NCBI GenBank assembly: GCA_023229435.1
Contig: JALNZF010000001.1
Location: 320,002 to 384,001 of the forward strand
Origin: Nitrospirota bacterium
GTDB taxonomy: Bacteria; Nitrospirota; UBA9217
Direction of reading: 5' to 3'
Length of the DNA: 64,000 bases
The position numbers and the translations under genes are program-made. Positions 55,396-64,000 of this stretch are shown one piece after another; the first letter of the stretch is position 1, and each line of letters opens with the position of its first letter. The notes below the pieces were generated by a model, which saw only the letters and a list, made by a program, of their open reading frames with translations, was not told where the DNA came from and did no database searches.

Positions 55396-56607
55396 ATGGC
55401 AACAAGCGTATTTACTTGGGAAGGCAAAACCCGGCAGGGATCTGTCCAAAAGGGCGAAATTTCCGCAAACAGCAAGGAAGACGTTCTCGCGCTTCTTCGA
55501 AAGCAGAATATTCAGCCGATCAATGTAACCGCCAAGCCGAAAGAGCTCAAGTTGAGTTTCGGCGCTCCAAAAGTTAAAGATAAGGATATCGTGATCTTTA
55601 CCCGTCAGTTGGCGACCATGATCGATGCGGGATTGCCGCTCGTGCAGTGTCTTGATATCCTCGGCAACCAGACGGAAAACAAAACGCTTGCAAAGACGGT
55701 AAACCAGGTCAGGTCCGATGTGGAGAGCGGGGCGACCTTCGCCGATGCGCTCAAGAAACACCCCAAGATCTTTGACAATCTCTATTGCAATATGGTTGCC
55801 GCCGGAGAGGCGGGCGGTATTTTGGACACCATTCTCGGCCGGCTCGCAGCTTTTATGGAAAAGTTCGCGAAGATCAAGGGCCAGATCAAATCGGCGATGA
55901 TCTATCCCTCGGTCATCCTGTTCGTGGCGGTTGCCGTGGTTTCCCTGCTGCTGGTTGTCGTCGTCCCCATGCTGGCCAACATATTTGTCGAAGCAAAAAT
56001 GCAGCTGCCTTTCCCCACCCGCGTTGTGATGGCGGTCAGCAATTTCTTGAAAGGCTGGGGCGGGCTGGTCCTTCTCGTCAGCCTGGTCGCTTTCTTTATC
56101 GGTCTCAAACAATTCAGAAAAACCGAAAATGGCCGGAGATTGACGGATGCCTTTGCCTTAAAAGTACCCGTTGCGGGTTCACTGATCCAGCGGGTTGCGG
56201 TTGCCAAGTTTACGCGCACCCTCGGTACGCTGCTTACCAGCGGGGTCCCCATCCTTGAAGGGTTGTTGATCGTTTCGAGGACCGCGGGCAACAAGGTTGT
56301 GGAAGAAGCGATCCTCGCCACCCGGCAGAGCGTGAGCGAAGGAAAAACGCTTGCTGAGCCCCTGGGAAGGGCAAAGGTCTTCCCCTCAATGGTCGTCTCG
56401 ATGATCTCGGTCGGTGAGGCGACGGGCGCGCTCGACAACATGCTGAACAAGATCGCTGACTTCTACGATGATGAGGTGGATTCCGCGGTGGCGGCGCTCA
56501 CCTCCCTGCTTGAGCCCATGCTGATGATCTTTCTGGGCATCACGGTCGGTTTCGTGATCGTCGCCATGTACATGCCGATATTCCAGATGGGCGCGGCTGC
56601 GGGTTAA
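55396..56607 (+). CDS. pilC: Type IV pilus inner-membrane platform protein PilC (GspF family)
   Basis: Two T2SSF repeats and three transmembrane segments. 403 aa. Confidence 0.9.
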   Translation: MATSVFTWEGKTRQGSVQKGEISANSKEDVLALLRKQNIQPINVTAKPKELKLSFGAPKVKDKDIVIFTRQLATMIDAGLPLVQCLDILGNQTENKTLAKTVNQVRSDVESGATFADALKKHPKIFDNLYCNMVAAGEAGGILDTILGRLAAFMEKFAKIKGQIKSAMIYPSVILFVAVAVVSLLLVVVVPMLANIFVEAKMQLPFPTRVVMAVSNFLKGWGGLVLLVSLVAFFIGLKQFRKTENGRRLTDAFALKVPVAGSLIQRVAVAKFTRTLGTLLTSGVPILEGLLIVSRTAGNKVVEEAILATRQSVSEGKTLAEPLGRAKVFPSMVVSMISVGEATGALDNMLNKIADFYDDEVDSAVAALTSLLEPMLMIFLGITVGFVIVAMYMPIFQMGAAAG

Positions 56608-56615
56608 TACCTCAC

Positions 56616-58316
56616 GTGACACAAGAGTATTCAAAAGAAGAATACACGATACGCATAAAGTGGCTTATCTGGAGCAGGGTAGTGCTCGCGACCTTTCTGG
56701 TCGGGACACTTATTTTTTTTCAACGGCACTATGCTATTTACCCGTTTAATACCGCGTACGTATACTATTTTTTGCTCTCCGTCTATTGCCTCACCGTTGT
56801 TTACTGGTACCTTCTTAAAACGACAAAGCGTTTTTCCCTCCTCGCCTATCTTCAGACGTCGGTCGATATTCTTCTCGTTACCGCTCTCACCCATCTTACC
56901 GGAGGCATCGACAGCGGTTTTTCGCTCCTCTACCATCTGACGATCATCTCTTCAAGTATTATTCTGTACCGTCGGGGTGGTTATCTGTCGGCTTCTCTTT
57001 CGAGCATTCTGTACGGCGCAATGCTGGATATGCAGTTTTATAACGTTCCCGGTTTCGTCAGGAGCCAGAACTTCACAGCAGTCCAGGTGCTTTTTCAGGT
57101 GTTCATCAATATCCTCTCGTTCTACATCGTGGGGTTATTGAGCGGCTACCTTTCCGAGCGTCTCAGAAAAACTCGCAAGGAACTCCGGGAAAAGAGCATT
57201 GACCTGGAAGATCTCCGTGTCCTGCAGGAGCATATCCTTCGGAGCGTGGGAAGCGGTATCGTCACCATGGACCTGCAGGGCAACATCGCGTCATGGAATC
57301 CCGCGGCTGAAGAGATCACGGGGTACCGTTATGATGAGATCAAAAGCCGCTGGCAGCAGGTGTTCGGGGACAGCATCAAAGGGATCTTCGGCCATACTGA
57401 CTCGCTGAAAGCGAGCCCATTTCATTTCAATGGGCAGATCATGAAAAAAGACGGCAGTATTGCACTGCTCGGGATGACTGCCTCTCTGCTGAAGGACGAT
57501 ACCAACGCCGTTCGCGGGATCATCCTTATCTTCCAGGACATAACCAAGATGGTCGAGATGGAGGACCAGGTACGCATGAAGGAGCGGCTGGCGACCGTCG
57601 GGAGCCTCGCCGCGGGCATCGCCCATGAGATCCGGAACCCGCTCGCGTCGCTCAGCGGTTCCATCCAGGTGCTTCAGGGCGAACTCGACCTCAAAGGCGA
57701 CAACAAACAACTTATGGATATCGTTGTTCGCGAGACAGACCGGCTCAACACGATCATCATGGAATTTCTGGAATATGCCCGTCTCAAGAACGCTCAGAAT
57801 GAAACCATTGAGCTTTCACCCGTGCTTGATGAAACGATCATGCTGTTGAAGAACAGCAGGGATTTTACGGGCAACATCCGCATCACTCATCAGGTGGATC
57901 CGCACGTCGTAATACAAGGGGACCCCCAGCGGATTCGCCAGGTCTTCTGGAACCTGCTTATTAACGCCTGCCAGGCGATGCCGCAGGGCGGCGAGATAAT
58001 AATCACCGCGAGGCCGTTTTCCGGAGTACATGATGACATGGATTGGTGTGAGATCATTATAGCGGATACGGGCGAAGGAATCGCGCGCGACGATCGGGAC
58101 AGGATATTCAATCCTTTTTTTACGACAAAGACCGGGGGCACCGGTCTGGGGCTGGCGATCGTCTACCGGATCATCCAGGACCATCGCGGCACGATCACGG
58201 TGGAAAGCGTGCCGGGCAAAGGGACCCAATTCATCATCAGGCTCCCAATCATTGAGGAGCCGGTTTACACGACGCTTAAGAACAATACGGAGCAGGCGCG
58301 GAAAAGGCGGAATTGA
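56616..58316 (+). CDS. pilS: PilS-like sensor histidine kinase
   Basis: Six N-terminal transmembrane helices, one PAS, H-box ATVGSLAAGIAHEIRNPLASL, and HATPase_c. Located between pilC and the sigma-54 regulator. Confidence 0.85.
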   Translation: MTQEYSKEEYTIRIKWLIWSRVVLATFLVGTLIFFQRHYAIYPFNTAYVYYFLLSVYCLTVVYWYLLKTTKRFSLLAYLQTSVDILLVTALTHLTGGIDSGFSLLYHLTIISSSIILYRRGGYLSASLSSILYGAMLDMQFYNVPGFVRSQNFTAVQVLFQVFINILSFYIVGLLSGYLSERLRKTRKELREKSIDLEDLRVLQEHILRSVGSGIVTMDLQGNIASWNPAAEEITGYRYDEIKSRWQQVFGDSIKGIFGHTDSLKASPFHFNGQIMKKDGSIALLGMTASLLKDDTNAVRGIILIFQDITKMVEMEDQVRMKERLATVGSLAAGIAHEIRNPLASLSGSIQVLQGELDLKGDNKQLMDIVVRETDRLNTIIMEFLEYARLKNAQNETIELSPVLDETIMLLKNSRDFTGNIRITHQVDPHVVIQGDPQRIRQVFWNLLINACQAMPQGGEIIITARPFSGVHDDMDWCEIIIADTGEGIARDDRDRIFNPFFTTKTGGTGLGLAIVYRIIQDHRGTITVESVPGKGTQFIIRLPIIEEPVYTTLKNNTEQARKRRN

Positions 58317-58317
58317 T

Positions 58318-59691
58318 ATGAGCAAAATACTCGTTGTTGATGATGAACAGAGCATGCGGGATTTTCTCGCAATCCTGCTCACCAAGGAAGGTCACGAAGT
58401 CGTGACGGCAATGAACGGCGCCGACGCGCTCCGGGCGGTCCAGGCGGAGATCTTCGACCTGGTGATCACCGATGTGAAGATGCCCGGAGCCGATGGCATG
58501 GAAGTGCTCAAAACGGTCAAAGAGATCTCACCCGAGACCGTCGTGATCATGATCACCGCCTTTGCAACCACCGAGGCCGCGGTCGAGGCCATGAAGATCG
58601 GGGCATATGACTACATCATCAAACCCTTCAAGGTCGATGAACTGAAGTTGATCGTTTACAATTCCCTCGAGAAGCGTTCTCTGAGAAAAGAGAACATCCT
58701 TCTCAAGCGTGAGATCGAGTCGAAGGCGGGATTCGCCAATTTTATCGGGAAAAGCGAGCCGATGCAAAAGGTTTTTTCCCTTATCCGACAGGTCTCGGAC
58801 ACAAAGAGCACGGTGTTGATAACCGGTGAGAGCGGGACCGGCAAAGAGCTCGTGGCAAGAGCCGTCCATTTCAACAGCCCAAGGAAAAACGGACCGTTCG
58901 TGACGGTAAACTGCGGGGCATTGCCCGAGACCCTTCTTGAAAGCGAATTGTTCGGATACATGAAGGGCGCCTTCACCGGTGCGTCATCGAACAAACAGGG
59001 GCTTTTCGAAGCGGCTCACAACGGGACCCTTTTTCTTGATGAGATCAGCGCCACAACGCCGGCGCTCCAGATAAAACTCCTGCGGGTGCTCCAGGAACGG
59101 GAGTTCATCCGGGTGGGCGGTACCGCAGTGATCAAGGTGGATGTGCATATCATCGCCGCAAGCAACAGGGACCTGCTGGCAGAAATTGCCAAGGGTTTGT
59201 TCCGGGAAGACCTCTACTATCGTTTGAACGTGATCCCCATCCATCTGCCTCCGCTCAGGGAACGGAAGGAAGATATCCCGCTTCTTGCGGAATATTTTCT
59301 CAAGAAAGTCGTCCGCAAGGAGGTTGAACTGGCGCGGATCAAAATGATCGATGCTGAAGCCATGAAAGCGCTGATGGCATATCATTGGCCGGGAAATGTT
59401 CGGGAACTTGAGAACACCATAGAGCGAATGATGATCATGACGCCGGAAGATGTTATTCGTCTCGATCAGGTTCCGGATTCCGTGAAAATTCCCTCTGGCT
59501 CTGCCGACCTGGTCACGTTCGATATTCCCGAGGCGGGAATGGACCTTGAGGCCCTGCTGGAAAACGCCGAAAAAACGTTTCTCCGCAAAGCGCTCGAAAA
59601 AACAGGGGGGGTAAAGACCGATGCGGCAAAACTGCTCGGACTGACCTTCCGCTCCTTCCGGCACCGGCTGCAAAAGTACGGAAACTCGTAA
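58318..59691 (+). CDS. pilR: PilR-like sigma-54-dependent response regulator
   Basis: Receiver (MSKILVVDDEQSMRDF), AAA+ with GESGTGKE and GAFTGA, and a C-terminal helix-turn-helix. The ATG at 58318 follows the pilS stop. Confidence 0.9.
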   Translation: MSKILVVDDEQSMRDFLAILLTKEGHEVVTAMNGADALRAVQAEIFDLVITDVKMPGADGMEVLKTVKEISPETVVIMITAFATTEAAVEAMKIGAYDYIIKPFKVDELKLIVYNSLEKRSLRKENILLKREIESKAGFANFIGKSEPMQKVFSLIRQVSDTKSTVLITGESGTGKELVARAVHFNSPRKNGPFVTVNCGALPETLLESELFGYMKGAFTGASSNKQGLFEAAHNGTLFLDEISATTPALQIKLLRVLQEREFIRVGGTAVIKVDVHIIAASNRDLLAEIAKGLFREDLYYRLNVIPIHLPPLRERKEDIPLLAEYFLKKVVRKEVELARIKMIDAEAMKALMAYHWPGNVRELENTIERMMIMTPEDVIRLDQVPDSVKIPSGSADLVTFDIPEAGMDLEALLENAEKTFLRKALEKTGGVKTDAAKLLGLTFRSFRHRLQKYGNS

Positions 59692-59748
59692 GAGTTCGCG
59701 GAGTTTTTTATTGCAAATCTCCAGTGATTCCGATAGAATCCAATTCCC

Positions 59749-61218
59749 ATGGCATACGATACATTAAGAGATTTTATCGCGGTCCTCGAAAAAAACAACG
59801 AACTGGTCAGGATCAAGGCTGAAGTGGACGCCCAGCTTGAGATCGCGGAAATTACCGACCGGGTATCAAAAGAAAAGGGTGCGGCAAATAAAGCGCTCCT
59901 TTTCGAGCGGGTCAAAGGTTCCGCCTTCCCGGTACTGACCAACGCATTCGGCTCAATGAAACGGATGTGTCTTGCTCTCGAGGTCGAAAGTCTGGATGAG
60001 ATCGGCCAGCGGATCAAGGAGTTTGTCGATCCCACAAACCTGTTCCCGGGTCCGGGCGCCGGAATCATGGACAAGCTGGGAGTACTGCCGAAGCTTGCCG
60101 AACTCGCCAAATTTTTCCCAAAAACCGTAAAAAAAGCCCCCTGTCAGGAGGTTGTTCTGACGGGAGACCACGTGGACCTTTCCAAAATCCCCGTGCTTCA
60201 GTGCTGGCCGGCCGATGGAGGACGTTTTATCACGCTCCCCATGGTCTGCTCGATCGATCCCCTGACGAAGATCACGAACGTCGGCATGTACCGCATGCAG
60301 GTCTTTGATCATCAGACCACGGGCATGCACTGGCACAAACACAAGGACGGCGCCCGGCAGTATCAGCAGTACGAGGCCCTCGGCAGGCGCATGGAAGTGG
60401 CGGTTGCCATCGGCGGCGATCCTGCTATCATCTATTCCGCCACCGCGCCGCTCCCTCCGGCCATCGGCGAGTTTATCTTCGCGGGTTTTCTCAGAAAGAA
60501 GCCGCTGGAGGTCGTCCAGTGCAAGACCGTCGACGTTCGGGTGCCGGCAGAGGCTGAGTTCGTGCTTGAAGGATTTGTCGACCCGCATGAGCGCCGGGTG
60601 GAAGGACCCTTCGGCGACCATACGGGCTACTACTCCGAGGCGGATGAGTACCCGGTATTCCATATTACCGCCATCACTCACCGTAAGGACGCGATCTATC
60701 CGGCCACGCTGGTCGGCCGCCCGCCGCAGGAAGACGCCTATCTCGGCAAGGCCACGGAACGGATATTTCTCCCGCTTCTCCAGATGGTCGCGCCCGACAT
60801 ACTCGACATGGACATGCCCGTTGAAGGCGTGTTCCATAACAACGTAATCGTCAGGATCAAAAAACGCTATCCCGGCCACGGCAAGAAGGTGATCAACACG
60901 ATCTGGGGTACGGGTATGCTCATGCTCTCCAAATTCGTCATTGTCTGCGACGAGGACGTCAATATCCACGATTACTCCGAAGTCACCTGGAAGGTCATGA
61001 ACCATGTCGACCCGCAGCGCGACGTCATCATCACCGACGGGCCGCTTGATATTCTTGATCACTCGTGTCCTCAGATCGGGTTCGGCGGCAAGATGGGCAT
61101 CGATGCCACGCGAAAAGGACCCGGCGAAGGATTCAGCCGCTCATGGCCCGATGAGATCAAAATGTCACCGGCGATACAGGCGCTTGTCGAGAACCGCTGG
61201 AAGGAATATGGATTCTGA
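59749..61218 (+). CDS. UbiD-family (prFMN-dependent) decarboxylase
   Basis: N-terminus LRDFIAVLEKNNELVRIKAEVD, ...GGRFITLPMV..., and ...FGDHTGYYS... follow the UbiD/MqnL-type pattern. 489 aa. Confidence 0.85.
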   Translation: MAYDTLRDFIAVLEKNNELVRIKAEVDAQLEIAEITDRVSKEKGAANKALLFERVKGSAFPVLTNAFGSMKRMCLALEVESLDEIGQRIKEFVDPTNLFPGPGAGIMDKLGVLPKLAELAKFFPKTVKKAPCQEVVLTGDHVDLSKIPVLQCWPADGGRFITLPMVCSIDPLTKITNVGMYRMQVFDHQTTGMHWHKHKDGARQYQQYEALGRRMEVAVAIGGDPAIIYSATAPLPPAIGEFIFAGFLRKKPLEVVQCKTVDVRVPAEAEFVLEGFVDPHERRVEGPFGDHTGYYSEADEYPVFHITAITHRKDAIYPATLVGRPPQEDAYLGKATERIFLPLLQMVAPDILDMDMPVEGVFHNNVIVRIKKRYPGHGKKVINTIWGTGMLMLSKFVIVCDEDVNIHDYSEVTWKVMNHVDPQRDVIITDGPLDILDHSCPQIGFGGKMGIDATRKGPGEGFSRSWPDEIKMSPAIQALVENRWKEYGF

Positions 61219-61290
61219 TAAGTTCCAAATCACAAATAACAAATCTCAAATAAATTACATAGACCAATATACAAATATTGAAACAATCTT

Positions 61291-61341
61291 GCCCCTCACC
61301 TTTGTCCTCTCCCCAGCGGGGAGAGGGTAGGGTGAGGGGGC
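61291..61341. repeat. GC-rich palindromic element (short clean copy): GCCCCTCACCTTTGTCCTCTCCCC-agc-GGGGAGAGGGTAGGGTGAGGGGGC
   Basis: Imperfect palindrome of about 51 bp, in the same family as 12100-12185 and 45164-45193. Confidence 0.7.
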
Positions 61342-61419
61342 TTGTTGAAAGGTAAAAACTGTTTTTTCGTTTGTATTATTTGTTATTGGCCGTTTGGCCA
61401 TTGAACTGTTCATAAAATT

Positions 61420-62760
61420 ATGCTTTTCCTTGAAATTCTGATAATCATACTTCTGATCCTTCTGAATGGATATTTTTCGGCATCTGAAATATCCCTGATA
61501 TCTTTGCGCAAAAGCCGTGTGCGGCATCTTGTAAAAAGCGGCAATCCGAAAGCAAGGAAAATCCAGAAACTTCAGGAGGAACCGGAGCGCTTTCTCGCCA
61601 CCATTCAGATCGGAGTCACTCTCATCGGGACCCTGGCGGCGACCTTTGGCGGGGTCATTGCCATCGAGCGAATCAAACCTTTTATAGCCTCCCTGCCCGT
61701 GGAATTCATCAGCAAGACAGCGGAACCGATGGCAGTCTTTCTCGTCGTAGGTATAATCACCTATTTGACGCTGGTGTTCGGCGAACTGGTCCCCAAATCA
61801 CTGGCAATCCGTTATTCCGAAAAGATAGCGTTTATTACTGCAACTCCCATTGATATTCTTTCCAGGCTTATTCGCTGGATTCTTCGCATTCTTACGGTTT
61901 CCAACAATTTTGTGCTCGGATTATTTGTTGCCTCCGACCATCATGAACCATCCCTGGTATCTGAAGATGAGGTCAAATATCTCATCCGGGAAGGACGAAA
62001 GAGCGGAGTGTTCGAACCATCGGAAGAGGACCTCATCCACAGTGTGTTCCGCTTTACCGACACCGTGGTAAAGGAAGTGATGGTACCCCGGACCGAGATC
62101 GTGGCGCTTGAGGCGGAGAGCGATGTTGATGCCATCCTTCGGACCATGAATGAGAAGGGGTTCTCCCGGCTGCCCGTTTACTCAGAGACCATCGACAATG
62201 TGATCGGCGTTGTCTATCTCAAAGACATTCTTGCGCTCCACATGGAAAATCGTCCGTTCAAACTTGACCAGGTGATTCGCAAGCCGTATATCGTGCCGCC
62301 GAACAAGAATGTAAGCGTGCTGCTCAAGGAGATGCGGGAAAAACGCATCCACCTCGCACTCGTCGGAGACGAGTACGGCGGCACCGACGGTCTGGTCACT
62401 ATGGAGGACCTTATCGAGGAGATCGTCGGCGATATCCAGGACGAACAGGATAAAGTGCTTCGCGAGATCGACGAAATAGCCGCGAACCGGTATCTTGTCG
62501 ATGGAAAAACGAATATTGAAAAGGTGAATGAACGGCTGAACGTGAACCTGCCTGAGGACGAATTCGAGACCATCGGCGGTTTTGTTCTTGGCATCTTTGG
62601 ACGGCTGCCGGCCGAAGGCGACCAGGTCCGGTATCAGAACCTGATGTTCACCGTGCTCCGCTTGCGAAAGAACCGGATCTCCCGCATCCGGGTCCTTAAA
62701 TACGCGCCTGATCAGAAGGAGGGTGAAGATAATGAAGACGCCGTTGATTCTCGAGACTGA
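61420..62760 (+). CDS. CNNM/CorC/HlyC-family membrane protein (DUF21 plus CBS pair plus CorC_HlyC)
   Basis: N-terminal four transmembrane helices (DUF21), two CBS domains, and a C-terminal transporter-associated domain. Confidence 0.85.
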   Translation: MLFLEILIIILLILLNGYFSASEISLISLRKSRVRHLVKSGNPKARKIQKLQEEPERFLATIQIGVTLIGTLAATFGGVIAIERIKPFIASLPVEFISKTAEPMAVFLVVGIITYLTLVFGELVPKSLAIRYSEKIAFITATPIDILSRLIRWILRILTVSNNFVLGLFVASDHHEPSLVSEDEVKYLIREGRKSGVFEPSEEDLIHSVFRFTDTVVKEVMVPRTEIVALEAESDVDAILRTMNEKGFSRLPVYSETIDNVIGVVYLKDILALHMENRPFKLDQVIRKPYIVPPNKNVSVLLKEMREKRIHLALVGDEYGGTDGLVTMEDLIEEIVGDIQDEQDKVLREIDEIAANRYLVDGKTNIEKVNERLNVNLPEDEFETIGGFVLGIFGRLPAEGDQVRYQNLMFTVLRLRKNRISRIRVLKYAPDQKEGEDNEDAVDSRD

Positions 62761-63616
62761 TCTTGCAGGTCTCAAGCCGCCAAAGCGCGGCAAAGTGCGC
62801 GATATCTACGATCTCGGCGAGACCCTGCTCATTGTCGCAACGGACAGGATATCCGCGTTCGATGTGGTGCTCCCGAACGCGGTCCCGGAGAAGGGCAGGG
62901 TGCTCACGCAGATATCAAGGTACTGGTTCTCCAAGACCTCGGATATCGTCATGAACCACCTCATTTCCACGGATGTCAAAGACTATCCTGCTGAGTGCAG
63001 AAAACATGCTGCGGTCCTAGAAGGTCGGAGCATGCTTGTGAAGAAGTCGCAACCGCTGCCGGTTGAGTGCATCGTTCGCGGTTATCTGTCCGGCTCCGGG
63101 CTTAAGGAGTATAAGACTTCCGGCTCAGTGAGCGGCATCAAACTGCCACCCGGTCTGTCCGAGGCATCCCGACTACCTGAACCGATATTCACACCGTCCA
63201 CGAAGGCCGAGATAGGGGAGCATGACGAGAACATAGACTTTAAAGATGTTGTTAAGCGTATTGGGGCTAACACAGCGGATAAAATAAGGAAATATACGCT
63301 CGCCATTTACCGGAGAGCATGCGAACTTGCTGAACCTAAAGGGATCATCATTGCGGATACGAAGCTTGAATTCGGCATGTTCAACGGAGACGTGATCCTG
63401 ATCGATGAAGTGCTCACCCCGGACTCGTCCCGTTTCTGGCCGAAGAATGATTACCGGGAAGGGGTCGTACAGAAAAGCTTCGACAAGCAGTTCGTCCGGG
63501 ATTATCTTCTTTCTCTTAACTGGAACCAAAAGCCCCCCGCGCCCGTGCTTCCCGATGACGTCGTGCAAAAAACGAGCGAAAAGTATCTCGAAGTACTCAG
63601 GATGCTGACGAGCTGA
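62732..63616 (+). CDS. purC: Phosphoribosylaminoimidazole-succinocarboxamide (SAICAR) synthase
   Basis: [26 protein letters not shown] is the SAICAR synthetase signature. Overlaps the preceding gene end. The ORF track begins at 62723. Confidence 0.95.
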   Translation: MKTPLILETDLAGLKPPKRGKVRDIYDLGETLLIVATDRISAFDVVLPNAVPEKGRVLTQISRYWFSKTSDIVMNHLISTDVKDYPAECRKHAAVLEGRSMLVKKSQPLPVECIVRGYLSGSGLKEYKTSGSVSGIKLPPGLSEASRLPEPIFTPSTKAEIGEHDENIDFKDVVKRIGANTADKIRKYTLAIYRRACELAEPKGIIIADTKLEFGMFNGDVILIDEVLTPDSSRFWPKNDYREGVVQKSFDKQFVRDYLLSLNWNQKPPAPVLPDDVVQKTSEKYLEVLRMLTS

Positions 63617-63687
63617 TATAGCATCACGTAACCGCGATACAATCGTGCACTATATTTGAGAAGCGTACAACTCAGGAGGGCAAGATC

Positions 63688-64000
63688 ATGAATAAATACT
63701 TGTTGTTTCTTGTGCTGTTACTATGCTTTCAATCCACCGTGCATGCTGAACGGGTAACGGGTCCCGCGGATTTACGGGACAAACCGGATGGCAAGATCAT
63801 CGTGTCATTGCTTAATGATGCGGATGTTGATTGCATTGCAGTAAAAGATGACTGGTATATTGTGAGCGTGGAAGTTTTTCTATCGAAGACCGACGTGATC
63901 GGTAAGGACAGGATCAATAATAAGGCAATCCTGTACGACTCAAAGAACAGCAAGATCGGCACGACGATGGATATCGTTGCAATTGACAGGAGTAGCGGAA
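63688..64000 (+). CDS. Secreted hypothetical protein, 3' end beyond the window
   Basis: AGGAGGG ribosome-binding site. ATG then signal peptide MNKYLLFLVLLLCFQSTVHA. The open frame continues to the window end. Confidence 0.5.
   Translation, partial: MNKYLLFLVLLLCFQSTVHAERVTGPADLRDKPDGKIIVSLLNDADVDCIAVKDDWYIVSVEVFLSKTDVIGKDRINNKAILYDSKNSKIGTTMDIVAIDRSSG

Noticed and set aside
59692-59748. Sigma-54 promoter candidate GGagttttttatTGCa downstream of pilR
   Set aside because: The GG-to-GC spacing is 11 nt rather than 10, and there is no TGGCAC core. It is not convincing.

Overview
The window reads as a chromosomal segment from an uncultivated anaerobic bacterium of about 52% GC. It resembles the Deltaproteobacteria/Desulfuromonadales lineage, but I cannot confirm the taxonomy from this window alone. 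Most of it is densely packed housekeeping and envelope genes: ligA, nfo, polA, glnD, tamB, aroE, purC, pgsA, mazG, queE, an NFACT/Rqc2 homolog, a UbiD-family decarboxylase, tRNA-Thr(CGU), and a complete type IV pilus core cluster (pilB-pilT-pilC-pilS-pilR) that lacks the expected downstream pilin gene. Signal-transduction genes include two sigma-54 enhancer-binding response regulators, a multi-PAS histidine kinase with a receiver partner, and a CHASE2 adenylate/guanylate cyclase. Several secreted or surface proteins are present. They are a 1225-aa TSP3/PKD/FN3-like repeat protein co-transcribed with a small lipoprotein and a phospholipase-C-like/TolB-propeller fusion, an M6 (InhA-like) metalloprotease ending in a [10 protein letters not shown]-type C-terminal sorting-like domain, Ig-like lipoproteins, and FadL-type and other outer-membrane proteins. 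The most unusual content is non-coding. There are at least four families of intergenic repeats: a ~145-bp MITE with TTAA/CTAA target duplications in 3 copies (one nested inside another palindromic repeat whose empty site is also present), a 107-bp palindromic element, a GC-rich CCCCTCACC palindrome in 3 copies, and a 75-85-bp CGTCATTCCC terminal-inverted-repeat element in 2 copies. There are also AGTTNGN heptad tandem repeats carrying GGA motifs at the tamB ribosome-binding site, and a 794-bp architecture in which perfect 30-bp inverted repeats flank a small secreted-protein gene and sit in the divergent mazG and glnD promoter regions. No CRISPR array, rRNA, transposase or integrase gene was found. 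Coordinates of non-coding features are accurate to about ±1-2 nt.
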